Shown here in pieces: positions 10,288-19,384 of a stretch of 64,000 nucleotides of DNA (position 1 is its first letter; each line of letters begins with the position of its first letter). The stretch covers positions 256,001-320,000 of the forward strand of contig PSMU01000001.1 of NCBI GenBank assembly GCA_040290255.1. The letters run 5' to 3'. The notes below the pieces were generated by a model. That model searched no databases and was not told where the DNA came from. It saw only the letters and a program-made list of their open reading frames with translations. This DNA comes from Nitrososphaerota archaeon (lineage in GTDB: Archaea > Thermoproteota > Nitrososphaeria > PSMU01). The position numbers and the translations under genes are program-made.

Positions 10288-11085
10288 GTGAGCCCAGGGC
10301 CTCGCCTGGCCGAGCTGCTGCCCATAACGGCCGCGGCGCTCCTCCTGCTCTCCGATGCCGCGCAGCTCCTGGGCCAGGGCCTTCTTCGCTCGCTGCTGCT
10401 GCATGCCTCCTCCTTCCTGCTGGCCCTTGGCCTCGCGGCGCTCGCGCAGAGGAGGGCCGGCTGGCGCTTCTTGGGCCGGGCCTTGGCGGTGCTCCTGCTG
10501 GGAGGATGGGCCCTGGAGGTGGTGGGCACTAGGACGGGCCTGCCCTTCGGGGAGTACCGCTATGCCCAGCTGCTTCAGCCCCAGCTCGCGGGCGTGCCCG
10601 TACAGGTGCCGGTGGGCTGGTTCACGCTGGGCCTGCTAGCGTTTCTCCTGGCGGGCGGCCGGCCTACGGCCGGAACCTTGGCTGGGGGCACCGCGCTGAT
10701 GGTGGCCTGGGACGTGATGTATGAGCCCTACTTCGTGGCCGTGGGCGCTTGGAGCTGGAACGAGGGCGCCTACTTCGGCATCCCCCTCACGAACTTTGCG
10801 GGCTGGGCGCTGGCCTCCTTCCTGTTCCTCCTCCTGCTGAGCCTGGGCCTGCCCGGGAGGAAGGGCGGGGAGGAGCCCCCAAGGGCCCCGCTGGCCGCCG
10901 CCTATCTTGCCTACGCCATCGACGGCGCCCTGCAGGAGGTCATATTGGGCGCGCCCCTGGCCGGGCTCATCGGATTGGCCGCGATGTGCCTGGCGCTGGC
11001 CGGCGCGAGGCGAACCGCCGGGCGGCCTAGCGCTCCTGAGCCCTCTGCTGGCCCAGGCCCTGGCCCAGCAGCTCCGAGAACCTGA
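10288..11085 (+). CDS. CruF/DUF422-like membrane protein (carotenoid hydratase family)
   Basis: EVVGTRTGLPFGEYRY, GVPVQVPVGW, WDVMYEP, W.W, YFGIPLTNFAGW. Confidence 0.82.
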   Translation: MSPGPRLAELLPITAAALLLLSDAAQLLGQGLLRSLLLHASSFLLALGLAALAQRRAGWRFLGRALAVLLLGGWALEVVGTRTGLPFGEYRYAQLLQPQLAGVPVQVPVGWFTLGLLAFLLAGGRPTAGTLAGGTALMVAWDVMYEPYFVAVGAWSWNEGAYFGIPLTNFAGWALASFLFLLLLSLGLPGRKGGEEPPRAPLAAAYLAYAIDGALQEVILGAPLAGLIGLAAMCLALAGARRTAGRPSAPEPSAGPGPGPAAPRT

Positions 11086-12358
11086 ATTCCCTTATCCTGA
11101 TGAGCCTCTGGTAGGAGCCAAACCTCTCCTCATCATAAGGCACCGTATCGAGCGGCTCCTCGGGCTCCTCGTCCCCCCGAAAGACCTTCAGGAGCCTGTA
11201 GGTCGTGCTCCTCTCCGCGGGCACCCTGCCCATCTCCCTGATAAGGCGCCGGAACTCCTTCGGCCTCATGAGCTGGCCGTAGGAGGCGCCCGCGGCCGTG
11301 GAGATGCTCTCGTTGATGAGCGTGCCGCCCAGGTCGTTGGCGCCGGCGTTAAGGCAGAGCTGGGCGAGCTTGGGCCCCTCCTTGACCCAAGAGACCTGCA
11401 GGTTCCTGATGTGGCGGTTCAGCATGATGCGGGCCACGGCGTGGACCTTGAGCACCTCCGCCCCGCTCGCCCCCTTCCTAAGGCCCCTTATCGGCTTGCC
11501 CGCCACGCGCCCAAGCTTATACATGGGCGCCTCCCAGTACATGAAGCTCAGCGGCACGAACTCCGTAAAGCCCCCCGTTTCCTTCTGGATCTCCCTGATG
11601 AGCGCTATGTGGCGCGCCTGCTGGCTGGGCGTTTCGAGGTGCCCGAACATCATCGTGGCCGTCGTGGGGAGGCCCAGCCGGTGGGCCGCCTTTATTATGC
11701 GCACCCATTCGTCCGTCCTTATCCTGCCAGGGGATATGTAATCCCTGAGCTCATCGTCCAAGATCTCCGCGGCCGTCCCCGGCAGGCTGCCCAGCCCCGC
11801 CTCCTTGAGGGCCTTCAGGTACTCCTCCACGCCGACGCCCGCGAGCGAGGCGCCGTACTTTATCTCCTCGGGCGAGAAGGCATGAATGTGCAGGTCGGGC
11901 AGCTCGGCCTTTATGGCCCTGCAGATCTTTTCATAAAAATAGGGGTCAAGCTTGGGCGGCAACCCTCCCTGTATGCAGACCTCGGTCGCTCCCAGCGCCC
12001 AGGCCTCCTTGGCCCTCCTGACGATCTCCTCCAGCGGCAGGAAGTAGCCCTCCTCGGACCTGAAGTCCCTGCTGAAGGCGCAGAAGCCGCAGCGCTTTAT
12101 GCAGACGTTGGTATAGTTGATGTTCCTGTTGACGACGTAGGTGACGATATCGCCCACGCGGCTCCTCCTCAGCTCATCGGCCACCAGCGCGATAAAGGTC
12201 AGCTCGCGGCCCTGGGCCTGCAGCAGCTGCGCGCCCTCTTCGGCCGAAATTTCATGGCCCAAGAGCGCCTTCTCTAGGATGGATGCTATGGCGGGGTCGA
12301 GCTGGCCTAGGGCGTCGGCCAGGAAGGAGGCCGGGCCCCCGCTTCCCTCCTGCTTCAC
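11027..12358 (-). CDS. cofH: FO synthase subunit CofH
   Basis: VVNRNINYTNVCIKRCGFCAF radical SAM, PGTAAEIL, NLQVSWVKEG, GANDLGGTLINESIS. Confidence 0.92.
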   Translation of the reverse strand: MKQEGSGGPASFLADALGQLDPAIASILEKALLGHEISAEEGAQLLQAQGRELTFIALVADELRRSRVGDIVTYVVNRNINYTNVCIKRCGFCAFSRDFRSEEGYFLPLEEIVRRAKEAWALGATEVCIQGGLPPKLDPYFYEKICRAIKAELPDLHIHAFSPEEIKYGASLAGVGVEEYLKALKEAGLGSLPGTAAEILDDELRDYISPGRIRTDEWVRIIKAAHRLGLPTTATMMFGHLETPSQQARHIALIREIQKETGGFTEFVPLSFMYWEAPMYKLGRVAGKPIRGLRKGASGAEVLKVHAVARIMLNRHIRNLQVSWVKEGPKLAQLCLNAGANDLGGTLINESISTAAGASYGQLMRPKEFRRLIREMGRVPAERSTTYRLLKVFRGDEEPEEPLDTVPYDEERFGSYQRLIRIREFRFSELLGQGLGQQRAQER

Positions 12359-13566
12359 TCCAGCACCTCCCTCCGGGCGAAGCCGTCCTCGCCCGCCGCC
12401 GCGTAGATCGCCTCGCGCAGGCCCTCGGGGAGGTACTCTCTCTTCCTCAGTATGAAATCGGGATAGATGGGCAGCCTGTGCCTTAGCCTAGAGCCCTTCG
12501 CCTCCGTCTGGCGCCTTAGGGCTGAGATGCTGGGCCAGGGGGCCTCGGGATTGACATAATCGGCCGTAAGGGGCGATATGCCGCCCCAGTCGTTGATGCC
12601 CGCATCCAGATAGGCCGCATAGCCCTCGGTGAGGTTGGGAGGGGCCTGCACGTTTACCTCTCCTGGCAAGATGAGCCGGGCCAGCGCTATCGCCCTGAGC
12701 ATGTACTCTTGGCTCGGCTCGGGGTGGAGGGCCATGGGCGTGCCCGGCTTGGCGCGGAAGTTCTGTATGATGACCTCCTGAATGTGGCCGTAGCGCTCGT
12801 GAAGCTCCCTTATCGCAAAGAGCCCGTCCACCAGCTCCTCGGGGTACTCCCCTATTCCCAGGAGCAGCCCGGTGGTGAATGGTATCCTCAGCCTGCCCGC
12901 ATTTTCCAGGACGGCCAGCCGAGCCCTGGGATGCTTGCTCGGCGCGCCTTCATGGGGCCCCCCTGGCCGGCAGAGCCTTTCGCTGACGCTCTCCAGCATC
13001 AGGCCCAGGCTGGCGTTCACCTGCTTGAGCTCCTTCATCTCCTCGTACCTCATCGTGCCCGGGTTCGAGTGGGGGAGCAGCCCCGTCCTCTTCACCACCT
13101 TCTCGCACATATCCCGTAGGTACTCTATGAAGCTCGCGTAGCCGAGGCGCCGCAGCCACGCCTTTGCCTCGGGGTACCTCTGCTCCGGCCTCTCGCCCGT
13201 CATGAAGAGCGCTTCGGTGCAGCCGGCCCTGCGCCCCCACTCCGCCACCGTTAGCACCTGTTCGGGGAGCAGCGAGCGGGCGCCCGGCGCGCCCGGCTCC
13301 TTCCTGTAGGCGCAGTAGCCGCAGACGTCGCGGCAGAGGTTGGTGAGGGGTATGAAGACCTTCCTGGAATATGAAACGATCCCCGCCTTATGCAGCAGGC
13401 GCTTGCGCGCGGCCGCCCGCAGCAGCGCCGGGCCCACGAGGGCCCACGGCATCTTAGCGAGGGCATACGCCTCTCCCCTTTCCAGCGCGCCCCCCTCCTC
13501 ACACCTCTCCAGGGCCTCCCGCAGCGGGCCGGGCAGCGCGCCCAAGGGCACTTCCCTTAAGCTCAA
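12355..13566 (-). CDS. cofG: FO synthase subunit CofG
   Basis: SYSRKVFIPLTNLCRDVCGYC, LLPHSNPG, GHIQEVIIQNF, QAPPNL, DWGGISPLT. Confidence 0.93.
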   Translation of the reverse strand: MSLREVPLGALPGPLREALERCEEGGALERGEAYALAKMPWALVGPALLRAAARKRLLHKAGIVSYSRKVFIPLTNLCRDVCGYCAYRKEPGAPGARSLLPEQVLTVAEWGRRAGCTEALFMTGERPEQRYPEAKAWLRRLGYASFIEYLRDMCEKVVKRTGLLPHSNPGTMRYEEMKELKQVNASLGLMLESVSERLCRPGGPHEGAPSKHPRARLAVLENAGRLRIPFTTGLLLGIGEYPEELVDGLFAIRELHERYGHIQEVIIQNFRAKPGTPMALHPEPSQEYMLRAIALARLILPGEVNVQAPPNLTEGYAAYLDAGINDWGGISPLTADYVNPEAPWPSISALRRQTEAKGSRLRHRLPIYPDFILRKREYLPEGLREAIYAAAGEDGFARREVLE

Positions 13567-13619
13567 GGTGGGCCTAGGCCTACTGGCCCGGCTTTAATAG
13601 CATATGGCCCGCCATGGGC

Positions 13620-14105
13620 CTAGCTGAACCTCAGTAGGGAGCCCAGCAGCGCGAGCAGCAGGGTGAGAAGCAGCGCGGCCCAGCCCGCCGCGATCAGCCT
13701 CCTGCGATACGAGGGGGGCACGGGCCCATTTGGGGGCCAGGCAAGCCGGCGCGCGGCGCGAGAGTGATACTCCACGACCGCCAGAAGGGCTAGGGTGACC
13801 AGCAGCTTGAGCAGGAACAGCTGCCCGAAGGGGGTGGAGTAAAAGGAAAGGGCAAGGAGCGGGCTCAGGCCGTTGAAGCGCAGGAGCACGTTCCCCAGCC
13901 CGGCCAGAACAGCTACGTACAGCGAATACCTGAGCGGCCTCTGCATCCTCCTGCCCACGTAGGAGGTGACCTGCGCGGCCTGCTGCGGCGCCAACAGGGC
14001 TCTAAGGGTCCTATTCATTATGACGGTAAAGACAAGGCCGCCCAGCCAGATCGAGGCCGCGGCCACGTGCAGCCACTTGACTAGCACGAAGACCCAGGGC
14101 AGCAT
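13620..14105 (-). CDS. CopD/DUF2269-like membrane protein
   Basis: WLHVAAASIWLGG, FG..LLKL, four TM helices. Confidence 0.65.
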   Translation of the reverse strand: MLPWVFVLVKWLHVAAASIWLGGLVFTVIMNRTLRALLAPQQAAQVTSYVGRRMQRPLRYSLYVAVLAGLGNVLLRFNGLSPLLALSFYSTPFGQLFLLKLLVTLALLAVVEYHSRAARRLAWPPNGPVPPSYRRRLIAAGWAALLLTLLLALLGSLLRFS

Positions 14106-14247
14106 GCGAGGCGCTGGGGCCGAGACGCGATTAAAAACCTGCCGGCGGCGAAAACCCCTTTTGCGGCCATTTGCAGCGCTCAGGCAGCGGGCGGAGCCGG
14201 ATTTGGGCCATCAGCTTAAAAGCCACCCGAGGGCACCCTGGCCAGCC

Positions 14248-15378
14248 GTGGAGGAGATAGCGAGGAGGTACTACGAGGAGAAGGTCCGCGAGTTCAAGCT
14301 CAGCGAGAGCCAGGAGCGCGAAAGGGCCCGACTCCTCTCTAGGCCGGTGAAGCCCGTGGACCTCGAAAGGGTCAGGACGATCCGGGAGCTGGTCGAGGCC
14401 TGGAAGGGCTGCGGCATACAGGCCCGCTCGCTCGCCGAGTGCGCGCAGGTGTATGAAGCGATGCTCGGCGATCCGGTGAGGCCCACCATCTTCCTTGGCC
14501 TCTCAGGGGCGCTATTGGCTGGAGGGCTCAGGAAGGTCATCAGGGACATGATAGAGTACGGGCTGGTCGACGTCGTCGTGCTCACGGGGGCGATCGCGTA
14601 CCAGGACTTCTACAATGCGCTCGGCTTCCATCATTACAAGGGCTCCCCCTATGCCGACGATGCTAGGCTCAGGGACCTGCTGATCAACCGCATCTATGAT
14701 TCGTATGTGGACGAGAGGGGCTTCGTCTACGCCGACAGCCTGGTGGCGGAGTTCGCCAGCCGCCTGGAGCCAAGGGAGTATTCGACGCGCGAGTTCCTGG
14801 AGCTGCTGGGCAGGGAGGTGAAGGATGAGCTGTCGATCCTGCGCGCCGCAAGCCGGCACGGCGTGCCCATCTTCTGCCCCGCCATCGCCGACAGCTCGAT
14901 AGGCATCAGCCTGGCCTCGGCATACAGGAAGGCCAGGCAGGAGGGGAGGCCCTTCATGAGCCTGAGCGTGCTTAGGGACAACTATGAAATAGGGCAGATC
15001 GTGCTCAAGTCCAAGAAGAGGGGCGCGATCTACATAGGCGGCGGCGTGCCCAAGAACTACATCAATGACGCCGCCGTGATGTTCACCTACACGGGCGGCC
15101 ATCATTATGCCTTCCAGCTGGTCACGGATGCCCCCCACTGGGGAGGCCTGAGCGGCAGCACGCTCGACGAGGCCAAGTCCTGGGGCAAGATGGACAAGAG
15201 CCTCACCAGGGCCACGGCCTACGTTGAGGCGACGGTGGGCCTGCCGCTCGTGGTGGGCTATGTCCTTCAGGGTGAGGCCTGGAAGGGCAGGAGGAGGCTA
15301 CGGTTTGTTTGGGAGGGGGAGGAGCTCAGGGCCATAGCGCCCGGCGAGGAGGTGGGCCAGCCTGCTGAGGATAGATGA
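14248..15378 (+). CDS. Deoxyhypusine synthase-family protein
   Basis: FCPAIADSSIG, IGGGVPKNY, WGGLSGSTLDEAKSWGK with catalytic Lys; probable GTG start at 14248. Confidence 0.88.
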   Translation: MEEIARRYYEEKVREFKLSESQERERARLLSRPVKPVDLERVRTIRELVEAWKGCGIQARSLAECAQVYEAMLGDPVRPTIFLGLSGALLAGGLRKVIRDMIEYGLVDVVVLTGAIAYQDFYNALGFHHYKGSPYADDARLRDLLINRIYDSYVDERGFVYADSLVAEFASRLEPREYSTREFLELLGREVKDELSILRAASRHGVPIFCPAIADSSIGISLASAYRKARQEGRPFMSLSVLRDNYEIGQIVLKSKKRGAIYIGGGVPKNYINDAAVMFTYTGGHHYAFQLVTDAPHWGGLSGSTLDEAKSWGKMDKSLTRATAYVEATVGLPLVVGYVLQGEAWKGRRRLRFVWEGEELRAIAPGEEVGQPAEDR

Positions 15379-16369
15379 GGAGCAGCTGGTAAGGCTGCTC
15401 TTGGAAAGGAAGCCGCGGCGCGTGTTGCTGAGCGCGCCCGACGGACTTCTTAATCAATTGGCCGCCCTCGCCTCGAGGCTCGAAAAGCAGGGCGGCGTCG
15501 AGCTGGTGCTCTGGGCCGAGCCCACCTACGGCTCCTGCGATACCCTAGATTATGTGGCCGACCTGCTGGGCGCGGACCTTGCCGTGAACGTGGGCCACAC
15601 CATCTCCCTGCCCAGGCTGGGCAGGAAGACGTACTTCGTGGATGCATTCGATGACGTCGACTTTGGGCCCGTGCTGGAGAAGGCCCTGCCCCTTCTGAGG
15701 CGATACTCCAGGGTCGCCCTGGTGACGAGCAGCCAGCACCTGCCCGCGCTGGAGAAGGCCGCCCGCTTCCTGTCCGAGAGGGGCCTTGAGCCCCTCGTGG
15801 GAAGGGGGAGAGGGCAGCTCAGGGCGGGCCAGGTCTTCGGGTGCGAGTTCCATACGCTCGACGTGGCGAAGGATGCGGAGGCGGTCTGCTTCCTGGGCCA
15901 AAGCCGCTTTCATGCCGTGGCCGTGGCCCTGGCCTCGAACAGGCCCACCTACATGCTTGATCCTTATGAGGTCGAGGTGGTGGAGGTCACGGAGGAGGCC
16001 CAGCGCTTCTACAGGAGGGCCGTGCTCAGCGTGCTCAAGGCGCGGGACTGCCAGCGGTTCGGCGTGCTAGTGGGCCTGAGGGAAGGGCAGCTGGACATGA
16101 AGGCGGCGCTCTTCGTCAAGGCGGAGCTGGAGAAGAGGGGAAGGGAGGCGCTGCTCCTGGCGCTTCACGAGATCACCGAGGCGAGGCTGGCCCTTTTCAG
16201 GGAGCTGGAGGCCTTCATCGACACCGCCTGCCCTAGGATCGCCATCGATGACCACTTTACGAGGCCCCTGCTCTCCATGCCCCAGGCCCGCGCGCTGTTC
16301 TCCCTCTGGGATGGGGCCCCGCCGGAGCGGGTCTTCGAGGCCTTCCTCAGCCTTCCTCACTGGCTCTAA
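15362..16369 (+). CDS. dph2: Diphthamide biosynthesis enzyme Dph2
   Basis: YGSCD, GQVFGC, TACPRI Fe-S cysteines; probable CTG start at 15362 (track start 15401). Confidence 0.9.
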   Translation: MLRIDEEQLVRLLLERKPRRVLLSAPDGLLNQLAALASRLEKQGGVELVLWAEPTYGSCDTLDYVADLLGADLAVNVGHTISLPRLGRKTYFVDAFDDVDFGPVLEKALPLLRRYSRVALVTSSQHLPALEKAARFLSERGLEPLVGRGRGQLRAGQVFGCEFHTLDVAKDAEAVCFLGQSRFHAVAVALASNRPTYMLDPYEVEVVEVTEEAQRFYRRAVLSVLKARDCQRFGVLVGLREGQLDMKAALFVKAELEKRGREALLLALHEITEARLALFRELEAFIDTACPRIAIDDHFTRPLLSMPQARALFSLWDGAPPERVFEAFLSLPHWL

Positions 16370-16411
16370 AGTAAAAGGCATATTAGGAGGGCCGACATTA
16401 TATATGCGGGT

Positions 16412-16861
16412 ATGTCCAAGAGGCCCGTCCCCAAGCTGATGCCCGAGGAGTTCGCGGCCAAGTATCTCTACCCTAGGATAAGGGCCATGCTCGCTAAGAT
16501 CCTCATGGAACGCCTGCACCTCTCCCAGAAGGAGGCGGCCGAGAGGCTGGGGATCACGCAGGCCGCGATAAGCCAATACCTCTCGGGCAAGAGGGGCAGC
16601 TGGAAGGGACTCCTGCTCGACTCCAGGGCCCTCGAGCTCACCGAGCAGCTGGGGCAGGAGATCATCGAGAAGGGGCTGGACAAGTACTCCATCGTGCTGA
16701 AGATGAGCGCGCTCGTGGAGTACTTACTCGCCAACAGGTGCGCCTGCACCATACACCAGCTGCACGAGCCCGAGCTGGACATCGATAGGTGCCACATCTG
16801 CGACGGGCGCACGGGCCTCCTGCTGAAGCCCCGCCCGCCGGGGGAGCCCTTACATGGCTGA
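16412..16861 (+). CDS. HTH transcriptional regulator with C-terminal Cys/His cluster
   Basis: LSQKEAAERLGITQAAISQYLSGKRG HTH; CACTIH...CHIC. Confidence 0.85.
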   Translation: MSKRPVPKLMPEEFAAKYLYPRIRAMLAKILMERLHLSQKEAAERLGITQAAISQYLSGKRGSWKGLLLDSRALELTEQLGQEIIEKGLDKYSIVLKMSALVEYLLANRCACTIHQLHEPELDIDRCHICDGRTGLLLKPRPPGEPLHG

Positions 16862-16973
16862 GCGGGAGCCGGACGAGGAGGAGCTGGAGCTCCTCGAGGA
16901 GGTGGAGAAGAAGGAGAAGGCGAGGAGGCGCACGAGGGGGCCCTACCGCAAGGCCTCGAGCAAGGGGACTTAG
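16854..16973 (+). CDS. 39-aa small protein with acidic N-terminus and basic RRRTRGPYRK tail
   Basis: Manual translation MAEREPDEEELELLEEVEKKEKARRRTRGPYRKASSKGT; overlaps HTH gene stop; host-like codons. Confidence 0.7.
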   Translation: MAEREPDEEELELLEEVEKKEKARRRTRGPYRKASSKGT

Positions 16974-17003
16974 CTTTTTAAATTCCGACGCCGGCTATCC
17001 CCC

Positions 17004-17387
17004 GTGCTGAGCCGAGAGGCCGTGCTGGAGGACCTCTGCCGGGAGCTCTTCAAGCTGGACCGGCGCATTAGGTATGCCGCGGTCATGGATACGCAGGGCA
17101 AGGTGAAGGCGGGGGGCATGAGGAGGGGCGTGAGGTCGCTCGAGCCCAGGTCCGAGGAGCTGAGGCTGCAGGTCTACCTCCTGAGCCTGAGCGGCATTAA
17201 CGACAGCTGGACGCCCTACTATGGTAGGGTGCTCTTCAGCGTCGTGCGCAGGGAGCTGCTGATCATAGGCGTCTTCCCGGTAGGCGAGGATATCGTGGTC
17301 GTGAGCGCTGAGCCGGACTTTCCGCTGGAGGGCTTCGTGAGGATTAGGGACCTGGTGCTGGAGCGCATGGGAGCGCCGCGCGCATGA
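17004..17387 (+). CDS. Hypothetical protein, roadblock/profilin-like (DUF6659-like)
   Basis: IRYAAVMDTQGKVKAGGMRRGV pattern typical of Nitrososphaeria small sensor-like proteins. Confidence 0.65.
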   Translation: MLSREAVLEDLCRELFKLDRRIRYAAVMDTQGKVKAGGMRRGVRSLEPRSEELRLQVYLLSLSGINDSWTPYYGRVLFSVVRRELLIIGVFPVGEDIVVVSAEPDFPLEGFVRIRDLVLERMGAPRA

Positions 17388-17920
17388 AGGCGGGCCTGCT
17401 GCCCTTTCTTCAGCTGGCGAGGAGGCTAAAGGAGGTGCCCAGGAGGGGCTGGGCGCTCAAGCTGGGCCATCCTCAGCCCGAGTCGGTGGCGGAGCATAGC
17501 TATATGGTCGCGCTGCTCGCAGCCCTGATGGCGATGGAGAGAGGATTGGATGCGGGCGAGGCTTCGCTGATGGGCCTCCTGCACGACCTTCATGAAGCCA
17601 TAACTGGCGATAAGGTTCCTGGGGAGGCGAGGGCGCCTGGAGAGGAGCTCAGGGCGGCGGAGCGCCTCTTCTCCCTGCTTCCGCCGGGGCTTCGACAACG
17701 CCTTCAGCGCCTCTGGCTCTCCTACTACAGGGAGGAGGGGGAGCTGGCGCGGCTGGTGGGAGAGGCGGATGCGCTGGAGATGGCCCTTCAGGCCCAGGCC
17801 TATGAGGAGGAGGGATATGGCCGAGGCGCGCTACGGGAATTCCTCGAAAGCGCCTCCTCCAGGCTAAGCTCGCCCCGGGCCCGCCGGCTCCTTAGGCAGT
17901 TAACTAAAAAGAGAGGTTAG
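17384..17920 (+). CDS. HD-domain hydrolase (YfbR-like 5'-deoxynucleotidase)
   Basis: LKEVPRRGW, ESVAEHSY, LLHDLHEAITGD, DALE. Confidence 0.88.
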   Translation: MKAGLLPFLQLARRLKEVPRRGWALKLGHPQPESVAEHSYMVALLAALMAMERGLDAGEASLMGLLHDLHEAITGDKVPGEARAPGEELRAAERLFSLLPPGLRQRLQRLWLSYYREEGELARLVGEADALEMALQAQAYEEEGYGRGALREFLESASSRLSSPRARRLLRQLTKKRG

Positions 17921-17923
17921 GGC

Positions 17924-18103
17924 TTAGGTGAGGCCGAGGTCAGGGAAGCTGCTCAGCTGAAGGCCCAGCTCCTTTTGCAGGGCCCTGATGCGCTCCGCGT
18001 ACAGCTTCATGCGCTGCTTATCGTTCTGGCTCTTCGCTATCTTATAGGCCTTCCAAGCCTTCTTCAGTGCGCCCCACGTCTGGCCTTTCGTGTACTGGGG
18101 CAT
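17924..18103 (-). CDS. Small basic conserved hypothetical protein
   Basis: YTKGQTWGALKKAWKAYKIAK...YAERIRALQKELGL; TATA about 24 nt upstream. Confidence 0.75.
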   Translation of the reverse strand: MPQYTKGQTWGALKKAWKAYKIAKSQNDKQRMKLYAERIRALQKELGLQLSSFPDLGLT

Positions 18104-18129
18104 GTCATGGGGCACATGAGACGAGGTAT

Positions 18130-19347
18130 TTAAGCTATTCGAGCGGCGCGGGCCTCCAGGGCCTTATCTTGGGCCTTCGCGGGCCGAAGGGCCGCACAGC
18201 TCAGCTCATAGACGGCCAGCTCGGCGAGCGTCTCGGCCACGATCGCGTCCAGGCCTATTTTCTCCTCTTCCTTCAGCAGCCGCTCGGCCCTTGCCCTTGT
18301 CTCGGGGTGCCTCGCGATGAGCGAGCAGCAGTCCTTGTAGGGCTGCAGCGATAGCTCGTATGTGCCTATCTGCCTTGCCAGCGCCACGATCTCCTTCTTA
18401 TCATAGGTGAGCAGCGGCCGCAACACGGGCAGCGGGAGCAGATAGCTCTGCGCGGCGAGGTTCTGCAGCGTCTGCGAGGCCACCTGCGCCAGCCCGTCGC
18501 CCGTGGCCAAGGCTTCATAGCCGTAGCGCCTCGCCAGCTCCGCGCCCAGCTTGAGCATGAACCTCTTGAAGAGCACAAGCTCGAGCCCCTCGCTCGCCCT
18601 GAGCGAGGCGAGCTGATAGCGGTGATACGGGGCCAAGAAGACCTTGCCCTCCGCCCCATATTCGGAGAGCCTGAGCAGGATCCTGCCCACCTTGCCGCTC
18701 AGCGCCTCCTCCGCGCTCCCATAGGCGTACAGGTGCAGGAAGCCCAGCTGGCAGCCCCTCTTCATCAGCAGCCAGCCGGCGACGGGCGAGTCTATGCCCC
18801 CGGAGAGCAGCAGCAGCACCCTTCCGCTCACGCCCGCGGGCAGCCCCCCCGGGCCCCTTATCCTCTCGCCGTAGAGCAGGCAGAGGTCGCTCAGCACCTC
18901 CACGTGGAAGGTCCTGCCCGGCTCCTTAAGGCTCACGCGCCAGCCCGTGGCCTGCCTTAGGTCCTGGCCCAGGCGAGAGGCCAGCTCGGGCGAGGTCAGC
19001 GGGAAGCCCTTATGGGCCCTCTTCACTTCGATTTTAAAGCTGCCGCCCGGCGGCTCGCCCAGGGCCCTGGCGAGGCCCAGCAGCGCATCCCTCATACCCT
19101 CATAGGAAGGGGGCTTCACCGGCACGGCCGGGGCAAAGTACTCCACGCCGAAGACCTTGGCCAGCGCCTCCCTTACCTTACCATCTTCGCCCTCGCTCCA
19201 GACGAGCAGCCTCCCCGGGAGGCGGGTTACCCTGGCGGGCCCCAGGGGCCTCACGGCCTTCAGCAGGTTCCTGGCCAGGGCGCGCTCGAAGAGCCCCCTA
19301 TTGCCCCCCTTCAGCGCTATCTCGCCGTAGTGGACGACGTAGAGCAT
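18130..19347 (-). CDS. thiI: tRNA 4-thiouridine synthase ThiI
   Basis: YGEIALKGGNR, THUMP domain, LLSGGIDSPVA, QVASQTL, YKDCC. Confidence 0.94.
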   Translation of the reverse strand: MLYVVHYGEIALKGGNRGLFERALARNLLKAVRPLGPARVTRLPGRLLVWSEGEDGKVREALAKVFGVEYFAPAVPVKPPSYEGMRDALLGLARALGEPPGGSFKIEVKRAHKGFPLTSPELASRLGQDLRQATGWRVSLKEPGRTFHVEVLSDLCLLYGERIRGPGGLPAGVSGRVLLLLSGGIDSPVAGWLLMKRGCQLGFLHLYAYGSAEEALSGKVGRILLRLSEYGAEGKVFLAPYHRYQLASLRASEGLELVLFKRFMLKLGAELARRYGYEALATGDGLAQVASQTLQNLAAQSYLLPLPVLRPLLTYDKKEIVALARQIGTYELSLQPYKDCCSLIARHPETRARAERLLKEEEKIGLDAIVAETLAELAVYELSCAALRPAKAQDKALEARAARIA

Positions 19348-19384
19348 TCCGTAGCCTGCCGGAAGGGGGGCGAATATAGGTTTA

